64,000 nt of DNA from Candidatus Latescibacterota bacterium. Its GTDB lineage: Bacteria > Latescibacterota > UBA2968. A program made the position numbers and the translations under genes. The notes beneath the pieces are model-generated. The model was not told the origin of the DNA and did not search any database. It saw only the letters and a program-made list of their open reading frames with translations. Positions 12,531 through 23,153 of the stretch are shown here, one piece after another. Where the stretch lies: the NCBI GenBank assembly GCA_965198115.1, contig OZ240241.1:3424001-3488000 (forward strand). Reading direction: 5' to 3'. Positions within the stretch are counted from its first letter, which is position 1, and every line of letters starts with the position of its first letter.

Positions 12531-12664
12531 ACATTGAACATTGAAGATTGAGTATGGAACATTTCGAATGTTGTGCCGTGCCCGATTCGCTGTTGATGGT
12601 TTCGCGCGAATCTCTTTGGCACGACGGCCACACCTTCATGTTCATCTATCTTAAATCTTAAATG
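12531..12664. repeat. Intergenic degenerate 7-mer tandem repeats in inverted arrangement
   Basis: ACATTGA ACATTGA AGATTGA GTATGGA just after the sufT stop; complementary arm TCTATCTTAAATCTTAAATG at about 12645-12664. Confidence 0.6.
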
Positions 12665-12669
12665 ACGCT

Positions 12670-13176
12670 ATGAAACTATCGACTCAGGAAGAATACGGTC
12701 TTCGATGCCTTCTCCAGATCGCGCGCCAGGAATCGGGCAGCGGCGAAAGCGTCACCATCAACGAAATCGGTCAGGCCGAGGGCCTGTCGATGGCGAACGT
12801 CGGCAAGTTTCTGCGTGCCCTGCGACTAAGCGGGTTCGTCGACAGCGAACGGGGTCACGCCGGCGGTTACCGTCTGGCCAGACCTGCCAGCGAGATCTCC
12901 GTAAAGGATGTTCTCGACGCCCTGGGCGGCAAGCTGTTCGATGCCGAATTCTGCGAAGAGCACAGCGGCGCGGTCGAATCTTGCACCCATTCGGTCGAGT
13001 GTTCAGTCCGCTCGCTCTGGAACTCGATGCAGTTTCTCGTCGACCGACTCTTGGATCAAGTTTCGCTTCAGGACATGATGGGAACAGAGCACGAACTCGC
13101 CGCTTGCTTGAGCGAACGCTCCGAAATGCTTCTTCAGGTCGCAGATGTGGGCTTGTCGCAGCCGGTGGACAGGTAG
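12670..13176 (+). CDS. Rrf2/IscR-like Fe-S regulator
   Basis: [26 protein letters not shown]; three Cys (FCEEH..SC..ECSVR). Confidence 0.9.
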   Translation: MKLSTQEEYGLRCLLQIARQESGSGESVTINEIGQAEGLSMANVGKFLRALRLSGFVDSERGHAGGYRLARPASEISVKDVLDALGGKLFDAEFCEEHSGAVESCTHSVECSVRSLWNSMQFLVDRLLDQVSLQDMMGTEHELAACLSERSEMLLQVADVGLSQPVDR

Positions 13177-13180
13177 AACT

Positions 13181-13693
13181 GTGGGAATCGAAACCGGATT
13201 GGGCGACAACATCCTGACGACTTCTCTGGACAGGATGATCAACTGGGCCCGCAAGAGTTCGCTCTGGCCCATGCCCTTCGGAACAGCCTGCTGCGCCATC
13301 GAAATGATGGCCACGCTGTCCGGTCGTTTCGACTTGGCGAGATTCGGCGCGGAGGCCGTACGTTTCTCGCCTCGGCAATCCGATCTGTTGATCGTCTCAG
13401 GACGCATTTCGATCAAGATGATGCCGGTGCTCAAGAAGATCTACGACCAGATGCCAGACCCGAAGTGGGTCATCTCGATGGGCGCGTGTGCGTCATCGGG
13501 TGGTGTGTTCAACACCTACACACTCGTCCAGGGTGTCGACCAGTTCTTGCCCGTCGACGTTTACGTGCCCGGGTGCCCGCCTCGCCCGGAAGATTTAATT
13601 TACGGGTTGATGAAGGTCCAAGAAAAAATCGAACGGGAGCATCCGACTCAGGATGCGGGGTACGCAGCCGACGCGTCGATCGTCAGTCGCTGA
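13181..13693 (+). CDS. nuoB: Second NuoB-like subunit (orphan paralogue)
   Basis: GTG start; [39 protein letters not shown]. Confidence 0.93.
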   Translation: MGIETGLGDNILTTSLDRMINWARKSSLWPMPFGTACCAIEMMATLSGRFDLARFGAEAVRFSPRQSDLLIVSGRISIKMMPVLKKIYDQMPDPKWVISMGACASSGGVFNTYTLVQGVDQFLPVDVYVPGCPPRPEDLIYGLMKVQEKIEREHPTQDAGYAADASIVSR

Positions 13694-13736
13694 TCGCCGG
13701 TCAGAGACTGACCGCGCTCACCCATCGGAGGGTTGA

Positions 13737-14321
13737 ATGATCACTGTAACAGATCCAGCGCGAGAAGAGATTGTGAATTTGATGCAAAAGCAGGAACAGG
13801 AGGTTAGGGGCGTCCGGATCAAGGCAGAAGCCGTATCACCGCTTCAGGCGAACTACCGACTTCGGTTCGTCACTGACGAGCAGGTCGAAGACGGCGACAA
13901 CGTCATCGAATTCGAAGGGTTTAACATCTACGTCGACCCCGACTCGATGAGCTACGTCGAAGAGGTCTCTGTCGATTTCGTCGAGAGTCTCGCCGGACGT
14001 GGCTTCAAGATTGACAATCCCAACCGCGTGCCACCACACCTCAAGGGAACTGTCGCGGAAAAGGTACAGACGATCATCGACGAAAAGATCAATCCACAGA
14101 TCGCTTCCCACGGTGGCACGCTCACCCTCCTAGACGTCAAGGATAACCGTGCGTTCGTCAAGTTCGGAGGAGGCTGCCAGGGCTGCGGTATGGTCGACGT
14201 CACGCTCAAGCAGGGTGTCGAGGTTCTGATTAAAGAGACGTGCCCCGAAATCGAAGAAATCCTCGACGTCACCGATCACGCCGAGGGCACCAACCCTTAC
14301 TACCAGGGCGCCGCGCACTGA
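13737..14321 (+). CDS. nfuA: NfuA Fe-S carrier (degenerate A-type domain plus Nfu domain)
   Basis: MITVTDPA, GFKIDNPN, INPQIASHGG, GGGCQGCG, DVTDH. Confidence 0.9.
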   Translation: MITVTDPAREEIVNLMQKQEQEVRGVRIKAEAVSPLQANYRLRFVTDEQVEDGDNVIEFEGFNIYVDPDSMSYVEEVSVDFVESLAGRGFKIDNPNRVPPHLKGTVAEKVQTIIDEKINPQIASHGGTLTLLDVKDNRAFVKFGGGCQGCGMVDVTLKQGVEVLIKETCPEIEEILDVTDHAEGTNPYYQGAAH

Positions 14322-14346
14322 ACACACCAAGACGCGCAAGACAGGA

Positions 14347-14387
14347 GGCCTGATTCGCACGAAAACGGAATCAGGCCCCTTTCTTTC
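14347..14387 (+). terminator. Intrinsic terminator after nfuA
   Basis: GGCCTGATTC / GAATCAGGCC stem followed by CCTTTCTTTC. Confidence 0.65.
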
Positions 14388-14448
14388 AGGCTCTCACAGT
14401 TACGACCTCGCAATTCACGGAGCCATTCTGAATTTTACATTTTGACTT

Positions 14449-14847
14449 TTAACTTCCCTCCCCCTCTTCATCCTCGGACTCACCGTCTCCACCATCCTTG
14501 GCCTTCTCTCGCTTCTCTCGAAACTCTTTCACTTTTTTTATGATGTCAGGCGCCAACCCAATCAGCTTTTCGATCGACATCCCCGAGTCCTCGAGCGGCA
14601 TGATCTGAGCCTTGCCCTTGTGGATCACGATGAAGGCGACCGGTTCGACAGAACCACCGCCCCCTGTTCCGGCTCCCCCATCCTCTTTTTTCCCCTTGCC
14701 ACCTCCTGCGCCAAAACCGAACGAAATCTTTGACACGGGGACAATCACAGTCTCTTCGAACGCGATCGGCTTCCCGACGATCGTTTCGGTCTTGGCAATC
14801 TCCTTGAACTCCTGGAGAACAGTTTTGATGATGTCTTCGAGTGACAT
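14449..14847 (-). CDS. GerW/YtfJ family protein
   Basis: TETIVGKPI, IVPVSKISFGFGAGG, GGGGSVEPVAFIVI. Confidence 0.88.
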   Translation of the reverse strand: MSLEDIIKTVLQEFKEIAKTETIVGKPIAFEETVIVPVSKISFGFGAGGGKGKKEDGGAGTGGGGSVEPVAFIVIHKGKAQIMPLEDSGMSIEKLIGLAPDIIKKVKEFREKREKAKDGGDGESEDEEGEGS

Positions 14848-14858
14848 ACGTCTCTCCT

Positions 14859-15545
14859 TCAGGCAGCCTGGGCGCGGGACCGACGCCACTCACTCGTGCG
14901 ACGCGTCAGAACCATCGCCAGATAACCCCAACCGAGCACCACGGCTGCGCGAACCACTGCTACGATGAGTCGAGCCAGGTGAAACGTCAAATCGACACGC
15001 AGGGACCCACGAAACCCTGAGAGCTGGAAGTCCGGCACGACATCGAGCTGCAGCCGATCGGAGGTGACGTCATCGATGGCGCGCAGGTAGCCGAAAAGGC
15101 TGCCCGTCGTTTCTGCCCTGTTCCCTCCGTATCGTCCACGGACCTGAAGCCTGCGAAAGCGGATCACTCCCCGAAGCCGCCGCAGAAACCGAAGCGCCGG
15201 ATCCCGAAATCGCCGATCGTATTCGAGCACCTCGTCGATACGTTGGCGCCACCCCTTCTCGGTCTCGGGCTCCTTTTCCGGTTTAGCCGGTTTGGCCGGT
15301 CTGGGTTTCTTGACCTTTGGTTTCTCACCGGGCCGAATCGTCCAGACGGGAAACCCCACAACAACAGGACGAATCTCCAACACCTCGTCGGCCCACGTGA
15401 CCCGCGCCGACAAAGCCCCGAGGGCCAGGACCACGCGTCCGGCGGCCACGACGCCTTCCTCCGACAAGACCCCCGAAACTCGAATTCGAACCGGAATCAG
15501 GACAATCGAAGCGGCCAGCGCCAGAATCAGGTATACGATGAGCAT
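14859..15545 (-). CDS. DUF2953/YtfI-like membrane-anchored protein
   Basis: N-terminal TM helix, AETTGSLFG and VVPDF motifs; directly upstream of the YtfJ-like gene. Confidence 0.65.
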   Translation of the reverse strand: MLIVYLILALAASIVLIPVRIRVSGVLSEEGVVAAGRVVLALGALSARVTWADEVLEIRPVVVGFPVWTIRPGEKPKVKKPRPAKPAKPEKEPETEKGWRQRIDEVLEYDRRFRDPALRFLRRLRGVIRFRRLQVRGRYGGNRAETTGSLFGYLRAIDDVTSDRLQLDVVPDFQLSGFRGSLRVDLTFHLARLIVAVVRAAVVLGWGYLAMVLTRRTSEWRRSRAQAA

Positions 15546-15697
15546 ACGCGAATGCGCAACAATACGGAAGACCGGGTCCGAGTGTCAAGCCCTGATCGCT
15601 GCAAGTTCCTGTAAAGCCTTGACATGTGGATGCGATTATCGTATTTGACGCATGAATGTGGCTGGGTGATTCGCCCAATACAGAACCGAGGAAGCCG

Positions 15698-17554
15698 GTG
15701 AGCGTGATCGAACAATGGCAGGACGAGGGACGTCTCTCCAAATTGGCCGCAGAAGGCCTCCACCAGTGGCTGACCACTCCCGCCTATGCCGATCATCGTG
15801 AAGAGATCGCGGCCCTCATCCAGGCGGGTGACACGGACGAACTGGAAGACGCGTTTCGAACACACATCGCCTTCGGTACGGGTGGCATTCGTGGAAAGAT
15901 GGGACCCGGACCCAATCGGATCAATCTTCGAACGATCGGCGAAGCGGCACAAGGCCTTGCCCAGTATGTGCTCAAGGAGACGGGCAGAGAAGGTGCGCGG
16001 CGGGGTGTCGCCATCGCCTACGACACACGCAACAACTCGGCCCGGTTCGCGCACGAGGCGGCCGCGATCATCGCGGCAAATGACATCACGGCTCACCTGT
16101 TCGACGCGCCCCGTTCGACACCCGAACTGTCGTTCGCCGTTCGGAAGATCGACGCCGTCGCCGGAATCGTCATCAGCGCAAGCCACAACCCCCCGCGGGA
16201 CAACGGGTTCAAGGCATATTGGAGCGACGGCGGCCAGGTCGTCCCGCCCCACGACGCTGCCATCATCGCCGAAGCCGGGGCTGTGGCGAACATCGAGCGC
16301 ATCGACTTCGACACCGCCGCCGAACAGGGGCTGATCAGGAGCCTCGGCTCCGACACGGATACAGCCTACATCGAGGAAACCCGCCTGACGGTGACCGGAA
16401 ACCGTGGTGGCCGCATCGTCTTCACGCCGCTGCACGGGGTTGGCGCCACCTCCATCGTCCCCGCGCTTCGAACGCTGGGCTTCTCCGATCTCCACGTCGT
16501 GGACGTTCAGAATGATGGCAACGGTGACTTCCCCACGGTAACAGGGGGCATCGCAAACCCCGAATCACCCGAGGCTATGGCGCTCGCCATTCAGAAGGCC
16601 GCCGAGATCGACGCGGACCTCGTCATCGCCAGCGACCCCGATGCCGACCGACTCGGGTGCGCTCTACCCCTGGATGATCGGGGATGGGATGCGGCACCGT
16701 CCGACCTCGCGTTGAACGGCAACCAGATCGGCGCGCTCCTCTGCCACTATCTGCTCTCGAGCCTGGAAGCGCGAGGCGACCTTCCTCCCGAACCGGTCGT
16801 GTGCCAAACTATCGTGACGACCGACCTGACGGGTCGCATCGCGCGTGCCTTCGGGGCTCGCGTCGTCGACAACTTGCTCGTGGGATTCAAATACATCGCC
16901 GCAGTGATCGCCGACCTCGAAGCCAACGAGACCTTTCTGTTCGGAACGGAGGAAAGTCACGGCTACCTCGCGACCGACGTCGTTCGGGACAAGGACGCCG
17001 CGTCGGCCGCGATGCTCCTGGCGCAGTGCGCGGCCGACGCATTGTCGCGAGGCGAAACCGTCAGGGACGTACTCGACGACATTTATCGCGAACACGGCTA
17101 TTTCAGAGAGCTTCAGAAGTCCGTCACTCGCGAGGGGGTCTCCGGCAGCGGGGACATCCAGACGATCATGTCCGCGCTCCGCCAGAATCCTCCCGACGCC
17201 CTCGGACCCTACCCCGTCGTGCGTGTCGTCGACCGACAGGCAGGGAAGTTCCGCGACCTCGAGACGGGGGCGTCGGGCATCGTCGAAGGAGACACGGGCA
17301 ACGTCCTCGCCTACACGTTGAGTGAAGCCGGCCACACGCGTGTCACCGCTCGCCCCTCTGGGACCGAGCCCAAAATCAAATACTACGTGTCTGCATCTTC
17401 GCTCGACATCGACTGCGAGCAGGAGAACCTCGAGGCCACCAAAATCGCCGTCGACGGAGCCGCCGAGGAAATCCTCGATGCGATTGCCGAACTCGCAGAG
17501 AGCGCACTACGCGAATCGGGATCGCCCACGGCATCGACAGGACGGGCGTCGTGA
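15698..17554 (+). CDS. Phospho-sugar mutase (PGM/PMM family)
   Basis: FGTGGIRG, SASHNP, DPDADR, EESHG, RPSGTEPKIKYY; start uncertain. Confidence 0.93.
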   Translation: MSVIEQWQDEGRLSKLAAEGLHQWLTTPAYADHREEIAALIQAGDTDELEDAFRTHIAFGTGGIRGKMGPGPNRINLRTIGEAAQGLAQYVLKETGREGARRGVAIAYDTRNNSARFAHEAAAIIAANDITAHLFDAPRSTPELSFAVRKIDAVAGIVISASHNPPRDNGFKAYWSDGGQVVPPHDAAIIAEAGAVANIERIDFDTAAEQGLIRSLGSDTDTAYIEETRLTVTGNRGGRIVFTPLHGVGATSIVPALRTLGFSDLHVVDVQNDGNGDFPTVTGGIANPESPEAMALAIQKAAEIDADLVIASDPDADRLGCALPLDDRGWDAAPSDLALNGNQIGALLCHYLLSSLEARGDLPPEPVVCQTIVTTDLTGRIARAFGARVVDNLLVGFKYIAAVIADLEANETFLFGTEESHGYLATDVVRDKDAASAAMLLAQCAADALSRGETVRDVLDDIYREHGYFRELQKSVTREGVSGSGDIQTIMSALRQNPPDALGPYPVVRVVDRQAGKFRDLETGASGIVEGDTGNVLAYTLSEAGHTRVTARPSGTEPKIKYYVSASSLDIDCEQENLEATKIAVDGAAEEILDAIAELAESALRESGSPTASTGRAS

Positions 17555-19245
17555 AGGAAACATCCGGCATCTACAACAACCTGGCTGACTACGGAGACCC
17601 GGAGTTCAGCCGCTTCATCCGTCGAGCTTTCATGTCGGCGACCGGCTACGACGGCGAGGACCTCGACCGTCCGATCGTCGGCATCGCCGACACGTCGAGC
17701 GACTACAACACGTGCCACGCCCGAATGCCCGAGCTCGTCGACGGGGTCAAACGTGGTGTGCTCGAAGCGGGCGGGCTGCCGCTCGTCTTTCCCACCCTGT
17801 CTTTGAACGAGATCCTCTTCCACCCGACGACGATGTATTACCGCAACCTGCTCGCGATGGAAACCGAGGAGATGATCCGGGCACAACCCATGGATGCCGT
17901 CGTTTTGCTCGGTGGGTGTGACAAGACCGTGCCGGCTCAGCTGATGGCGGCCGTTTCCGCCAACGTGCCTGCCGTCATTGTCGTCACCGGGGCAATGAGA
18001 ACCGGGGAATGGCGCGGCAACCGGGTTGGCGCCTGTACGGACTGCCGGAGTTATTACGGACGTCATCGCGCGGGCGAGATCGACGCGACCGAGCTCGAGG
18101 AAGTTCAGAGCGTTCTCTGCTCGACCCCGGGAACGTGCATGGTCATGGGCTCGGCGTCGACGATCGCCTGCGTGGCCGAAGCGCTCGGCATGATGCTGCC
18201 AGGCGGGGCTTCGCCTCCGTCGGGTACGGGTGACCGGATGCGGAACGCCGTTGCCTCGGGCCGCCGCGCCGTGGCGCTCGCACGGGAGCCGATACGTCCT
18301 CGCGACCTTCTGACGCGCGCCAACTTCGACAACGCGTTGAAGGTCCTGATCGCCCTGGGCGGCTCGACCAACACGGTCGTTCACCTGATCGCCATCGCCA
18401 AGCGCGCCGGGATCGATCTGTCGCTCGACGACCTGCAAAGCGTATCGAACCGAATCCCGTTGTTGGTAGACTGCAAACCATCGGGCACCGTTTACATGGA
18501 GGACTTCCATCAAGCCGGTGGCCTCCCCACCCTCCTTAAGGCCCTCGAGTCCGAGCTCGACAGTAGCCCCATCAACATCGAGGGACGCAATCTGGGCGAG
18601 CGTCTGGCGAACGTGAACGAGCCCGGTCACTGGCAGACCGTCATCCGCACGCTCGACAACCCGCTGGGTCCGCCCGGGTCGCTCACGACGCTGGTCGGAT
18701 CGCTGGCGCCTGACGGTGCGATCATCAAAACGTCCGCGGCCACCCCCGACCTATTCGAGCACACCGGTCCGGCGGTCGTCTTCGATGGGCCGGCCGACGC
18801 CGCCGCCCGTATCGACGACCCGACGCTCGGAATCACACCCGATCACGTCCTTGTCCTGAGGGACGCTGGCCCCATCGCAGCAGGCATGCCCGAGGCGGGG
18901 TCACTGCCGATCCCGAAGCATCTGGCCGAACAAGGCATCAAGGATGTCGTGCGAATTTCGGATGCTCGAATGAGTGGTACCGCGTTTGGGACCGTCGTCC
19001 TCCATTGCGCTCCCGAGTCCGCCGCAGGGGGCCCTCTGGCACTCGTCAGGGACGGGGATCGGATTCAGCTGTCGGTAGAAAGTCGCCGGGTCGATCTTCT
19101 GGTAGACGCCGATGAACTCGAGCGAAGACGATCCGGGTTCGTCCCTCCCCCGTTACCCGCTCGAGGGTGGGCCCGTCTATTCTGCGAGCACGTGCTCCAG
19201 GCCAACGACGGGGTCGACTTCGATTTTCTGACGGGAACCGATTGA
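17551..19245 (+). CDS. IlvD/Edd family dehydratase (sugar-acid type likely)
   Basis: NTCH, GGCDKT, GTCMVMG, GGSTN, SDARMSGT. Confidence 0.9.
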   Translation: MKETSGIYNNLADYGDPEFSRFIRRAFMSATGYDGEDLDRPIVGIADTSSDYNTCHARMPELVDGVKRGVLEAGGLPLVFPTLSLNEILFHPTTMYYRNLLAMETEEMIRAQPMDAVVLLGGCDKTVPAQLMAAVSANVPAVIVVTGAMRTGEWRGNRVGACTDCRSYYGRHRAGEIDATELEEVQSVLCSTPGTCMVMGSASTIACVAEALGMMLPGGASPPSGTGDRMRNAVASGRRAVALAREPIRPRDLLTRANFDNALKVLIALGGSTNTVVHLIAIAKRAGIDLSLDDLQSVSNRIPLLVDCKPSGTVYMEDFHQAGGLPTLLKALESELDSSPINIEGRNLGERLANVNEPGHWQTVIRTLDNPLGPPGSLTTLVGSLAPDGAIIKTSAATPDLFEHTGPAVVFDGPADAAARIDDPTLGITPDHVLVLRDAGPIAAGMPEAGSLPIPKHLAEQGIKDVVRISDARMSGTAFGTVVLHCAPESAAGGPLALVRDGDRIQLSVESRRVDLLVDADELERRRSGFVPPPLPARGWARLFCEHVLQANDGVDFDFLTGTD

Positions 19246-19259
19246 TCCCCGAGGCCCCC

Positions 19260-19730
19260 ATGACCCTGACCACGTCCGATATTATGAGCAGCCCCGTCAT
19301 CACTGTAAAAGCCGTCACTCCCGTACGCGAACTCATGGACATTCTTCAGACCCACGAGATCACGGGTGTGCCGGTCGTCGACGAGAACGGAGACCTCGCG
19401 GGCGTCATTTCGATCACCGACATCCTCTCGGTCAACGAAGGGGAAGAAGAAATCGGCGATCGGATTCCAGATTTCTACACGTCCCCGGCGATGGATGGAC
19501 TCGCGCAGATCACATCCCTGATCGAACCCGATGAGACCATCCTCGACGCACCGGTTGGATCGTTGATGTGCAAAAACATCGTGACCGCAGACAAGGACGC
19601 CTCGATTGGCGAAATCTCGGGCGCCCTCGTCGCTCGACGCATTCACCGACTCCTGATCGTGGAAGAGACTCGCGTAACGGGTATTGTTAGTGTAGGAGAC
19701 GTGCTTAGAGCGATCCACGAAGCCTCCTGA
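19260..19730 (+). CDS. CBS-domain pair protein
   Basis: DIMSSPVIT, GVPVVDENGDLAGVISITD, GIVSVGDVL. Confidence 0.88.
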   Translation: MTLTTSDIMSSPVITVKAVTPVRELMDILQTHEITGVPVVDENGDLAGVISITDILSVNEGEEEIGDRIPDFYTSPAMDGLAQITSLIEPDETILDAPVGSLMCKNIVTADKDASIGEISGALVARRIHRLLIVEETRVTGIVSVGDVLRAIHEAS

Positions 19731-19738
19731 GGTGGCCT

Positions 19739-21983
19739 ATGGCCAGGCGACTATCCAAAGCCGACTCGCTGAATCTGGGTGAAATTGACCGGTTCCTCGA
19801 ATCCGAGAACGCCCTACCGGACGACGAGCAGGAACCGGCTCAGCCCACCGCGCCAAGCGCGGCCCCCGATCCCGAACCCCCACTCGAATCGGAAGCGGAT
19901 GCTCCCGCGACCGAGGAACCAGTGCCCGAACCCAAGGCCCTCAGTGTGGCGGTTTCCGACGACGGTCTCGAAGCGGCTATCCATTCCATCAATCCCGATA
20001 CGACACTCGAATTCGCGCTGGATTCCCTGAAAAACAACGGTGTGACATTTGGGATAGACGAAGATGCGATTCGTCACGCGATCGATCAGGCGAAGGATTC
20101 GAGCCAACCCGTGCGTCGCCAAAGGCACCGAACCAAAGCTCCCTGCGGCACCCAGAATCGAACACCGCCCTCCCGAAGGACTCGATAGCCTTCCGAGTCT
20201 GGCACCGCTGGTCAAAGCGCTCGACCTGGAAGCCCAGGAAGAACTGCTCGAGGGCGTCAAAGACATCACCGTCGTGCCCGTCACGCGAGACGATACGTTG
20301 GCCGAGCTCATCGAGGAGGCCGGCGAGGCCGGCCAAAGTGTGACCGGGGAGCCCATCGATCCACCGCCGCACGAAACGGAAATGGAGTCCGAGGGGCTGC
20401 AACCCGGGGAGGGGGTCGAGCGTGACGCAGACGGACGCTACAAGGCGACACGCTGGGGATACGCCGGCGTTCTGGATGGCAAGGTGACCACCCTCGCCCC
20501 GATCTGGATCTCCCCCGACGCGATGTCTGCATTCCTGATTCACCGACCCCATGAAGGGAGCAACGGGGCAAGCCCCACGGTCGATGACCTCAATGCTGCA
20601 CTGGCCGCACGCAATGTCTCCGTCGGGATCGATGCCGAATGGCTTCAGAAAGTGGCCAGCCGGCTCGCTGAAGGCACGGTGGCCCGCACGCTCGTGCCGC
20701 TTGCTCACGGAGTCGACCCCGAGCCGACGGAGGATGGCCGAATCGATTTCTCGTTCCCGCCGGACACGCAGGCTGGCACGGTCAACACCGACGGATCGAT
20801 CGACCTGAAAGAGCGTAACCTCTTTCCCGGCGTCGAGAAGGACGAACTCCTCGCGGAAACCTTCCCCCCGGTGGAGGGGACGGCTGGAAAAACAGTGACG
20901 GGAGACGACGTCGAAGTGGAACCACCGTTGGCTGTCGAACTCGTGGCCGGAGAAAACACCCGCCTCGTCGAGGAAGGCGCCAAACAAAAAGTCCTCTCCG
21001 AAATCACTGGTGGAGCCTCCGTCAAGACGGTCGAAGTCAGTGGAGGCGACGGAAAGAAGCAGCAATCCACCGTATCCGTGAAGGAGATCGCCCAGGTGTC
21101 GGGCGACGTCAACTACGAAACGGGGAACCTCGATCACAAAGGGAACATCGATGTCAAAGGGAACGTCCTGGGTGGATTCAGCGTTCGGGCGTCGGGGGAC
21201 ATTGTGATTGCTGGAGCGATCGAAGACGGAGCGACCGTCGACTGCGACGGCAGCCTGACCGTGAAGATGGGCGTCTTCGGCGAGAAGACGACTGTAAGGG
21301 CGGGAGAAGAGATCACGGTCAAGTTCATCCAGGATGCGACGGTCCACGCAGGAAGCCACATCAACGTGGGCAGTTACATCCACACCGCATCCGTCCACTC
21401 CGGTGGGCGCGTGATCGTCGAAGGGGGCGGCGGATCGGGAGGTGGCATCATCGGGGGTGAAACCTGGGCGGTGGAGGGCATCACGACCAAGAACTGCGGG
21501 TCGGATCGGAGCGCGACCACCTTCGTGGCGGTCGGCGTGGATCGTGACCTCTACATCGAGTACGACAAAGCAAGGCGAACGGCCGCCAAGGGGAAGACGC
21601 TCCTTCGCAACCTGCTGCGCGCCATCGGCATCGAATCGCTGGAGCCGGAGGTCATCAAAGCCCTCGTCGCACGACAGCGACGCAAGGCGAACGAGATTCT
21701 ACACTACGTGAAGAAGGCCAACGAACTGGCGAGAATCGCGAAAGAAAACGAGGAGGCAGAGAAGACGATTAGGGAGCAGATCGAGCAAGCGAGCAAGGAC
21801 GCTACGCTCGACGTCGGCGACGTCGCCCACGAACGGGTGCGACTCCGGATCGGCAATCGCGAGGTCCGTTTGGACGAAGATCGCAAGGGAGTTCGCTACT
21901 TCTCGGATCAGAAGGAAGACGGCCCCGAAATTACTTACGCGGCACTGTCACCGGAAGGGTCGGAAGAGAAGGAGAGCGGCTGA
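19739..21983 (+). pseudogene. FapA/DUF342 protein, frameshifted near 20114
   Basis: First ORF has VSDDGLEA..NGVTFGIDEDAI; the sequence continues in another frame as VAKGTEP..DGSIDLKE..GDVNYETGNLD..GGIIGG. Confidence 0.75.
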
Positions 21984-21989
21984 AAAACT

Positions 21990-22082
21990 GTGGACGGTGG
22001 ACGGGACAGACGGCTTCGCCTATGCGGTCCTTGATGTCACGGTTGTGTCAATGTTCTATCTTGAATCGTCAATTCTCGATTA
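21990..22082. repeat. Two 7-mer repeat tracts between convergent genes
   Basis: GTGGACG x2 after the FapA stop; TCAATGT TCTATCT TGAATCG TCAATTC (reverse complement of the ACATTGA family) after the GNAT stop. Confidence 0.5.
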
Positions 22083-23144
22083 AAAGATATCCACCCACGC
22101 GTAAAACAGCGGTGCACACTCTCCCATCCGGTCCCACCACGTCGTCTCCCGATCGTCTGGTAACGGGCGTCCCATCAGAACCCGCCAAAACGCATCCGCT
22201 TCGGCACGATCCGTCGGCGGCTCCGTTCCCACGTCGATCCCGGCTGTGGCGAGTTTTTCCCGCAGACGTTCCCAGTCCGCAATCTTGACCATCATCTCGT
22301 CGTGTCTGGACCACGTCGCCTTCCCGCCGGTCTCGCGCTCAAGGTAACCGACGATCGGATGCCCCGACCTCAGACTACCCTCGATTGGTTTTCCATCCGA
22401 GTCTGAAACGACCGCAGAGGCCAGGGCTTCGTAGGCATTCTCCTCTTCGTCGAATGCGCACGCCTCTTGGACCCAAAGCTCGTCCTCTCCGACATCCCAG
22501 TTCGCATAGGCCACGAGTCGTCCGTCGCGTCGAACACCCGCCCGTGGGAAGACGCCTCTCAGACGAGCGGGACCGTCGTCCCAGTAGTCGGCGTTTCGTT
22601 CGCACGCGCCCGTCGATTGCGTGCGCTCGACCTCGTAGAGGGCACGCACGTCAGTCAGATCTCCGGCCACCGAAAGCCTCTCCGGCTGGGGGGCAATGAT
22701 TGACCCTTCGACCCCGGCCAGCTCGAACGTCGGCAGCGCCAGAGGGGTCCATCCACGCGCATCGTAGTACGGGGTCCCGATAATGCTGAAGAGCAACCCG
22801 AGTTCGTAGCCTTCAGCGAAATACTGCTCGGCGTCCGCCAACAATCCGCTGCCGATGCCCTGGCCACGATGCTCCGGAAGCGTCAGAAGGCTCCCGACGC
22901 CGCCCGCCAGAAGCCCCACGCCCCGCACGTTCAGAATACGGTCCCAGACCCGAAGATGCCCGACGATCTGGTCGCCGTGAACAGCCACGCGAGTTTGCTC
23001 GAGTCGATAGCCCGGATCCTCTGTCACATAGCATCGATAACGCGCCGGGGCATCGGGCTCCGTCGGTCTGAACACCCTGTGTTGCAACCCGACGCAGGTC
23101 TCGAGCTCCTCCTCACGTGCCGCCCTGTATTGGATATCCGGCAT
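22080..23144 (-). CDS. GNAT acetyltransferase (Eis-like)
   Basis: GGVGSLLTLPEHRGQGIGSGL acetyl-CoA motif, YYDARGW; second degenerate GNAT half. Confidence 0.8.
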   Translation of the reverse strand: MPDIQYRAAREEELETCVGLQHRVFRPTEPDAPARYRCYVTEDPGYRLEQTRVAVHGDQIVGHLRVWDRILNVRGVGLLAGGVGSLLTLPEHRGQGIGSGLLADAEQYFAEGYELGLLFSIIGTPYYDARGWTPLALPTFELAGVEGSIIAPQPERLSVAGDLTDVRALYEVERTQSTGACERNADYWDDGPARLRGVFPRAGVRRDGRLVAYANWDVGEDELWVQEACAFDEEENAYEALASAVVSDSDGKPIEGSLRSGHPIVGYLERETGGKATWSRHDEMMVKIADWERLREKLATAGIDVGTEPPTDRAEADAFWRVLMGRPLPDDRETTWWDRMGECAPLFYAWVDIF

Positions 23145-23153
23145 CGTGCCCTC

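Noticed and set aside
12617-12635. TGGCACGACGG upstream of the Rrf2 gene as a sigma54 promoter
   Set aside because: The -24 box is present but the -12 TTGC is missing
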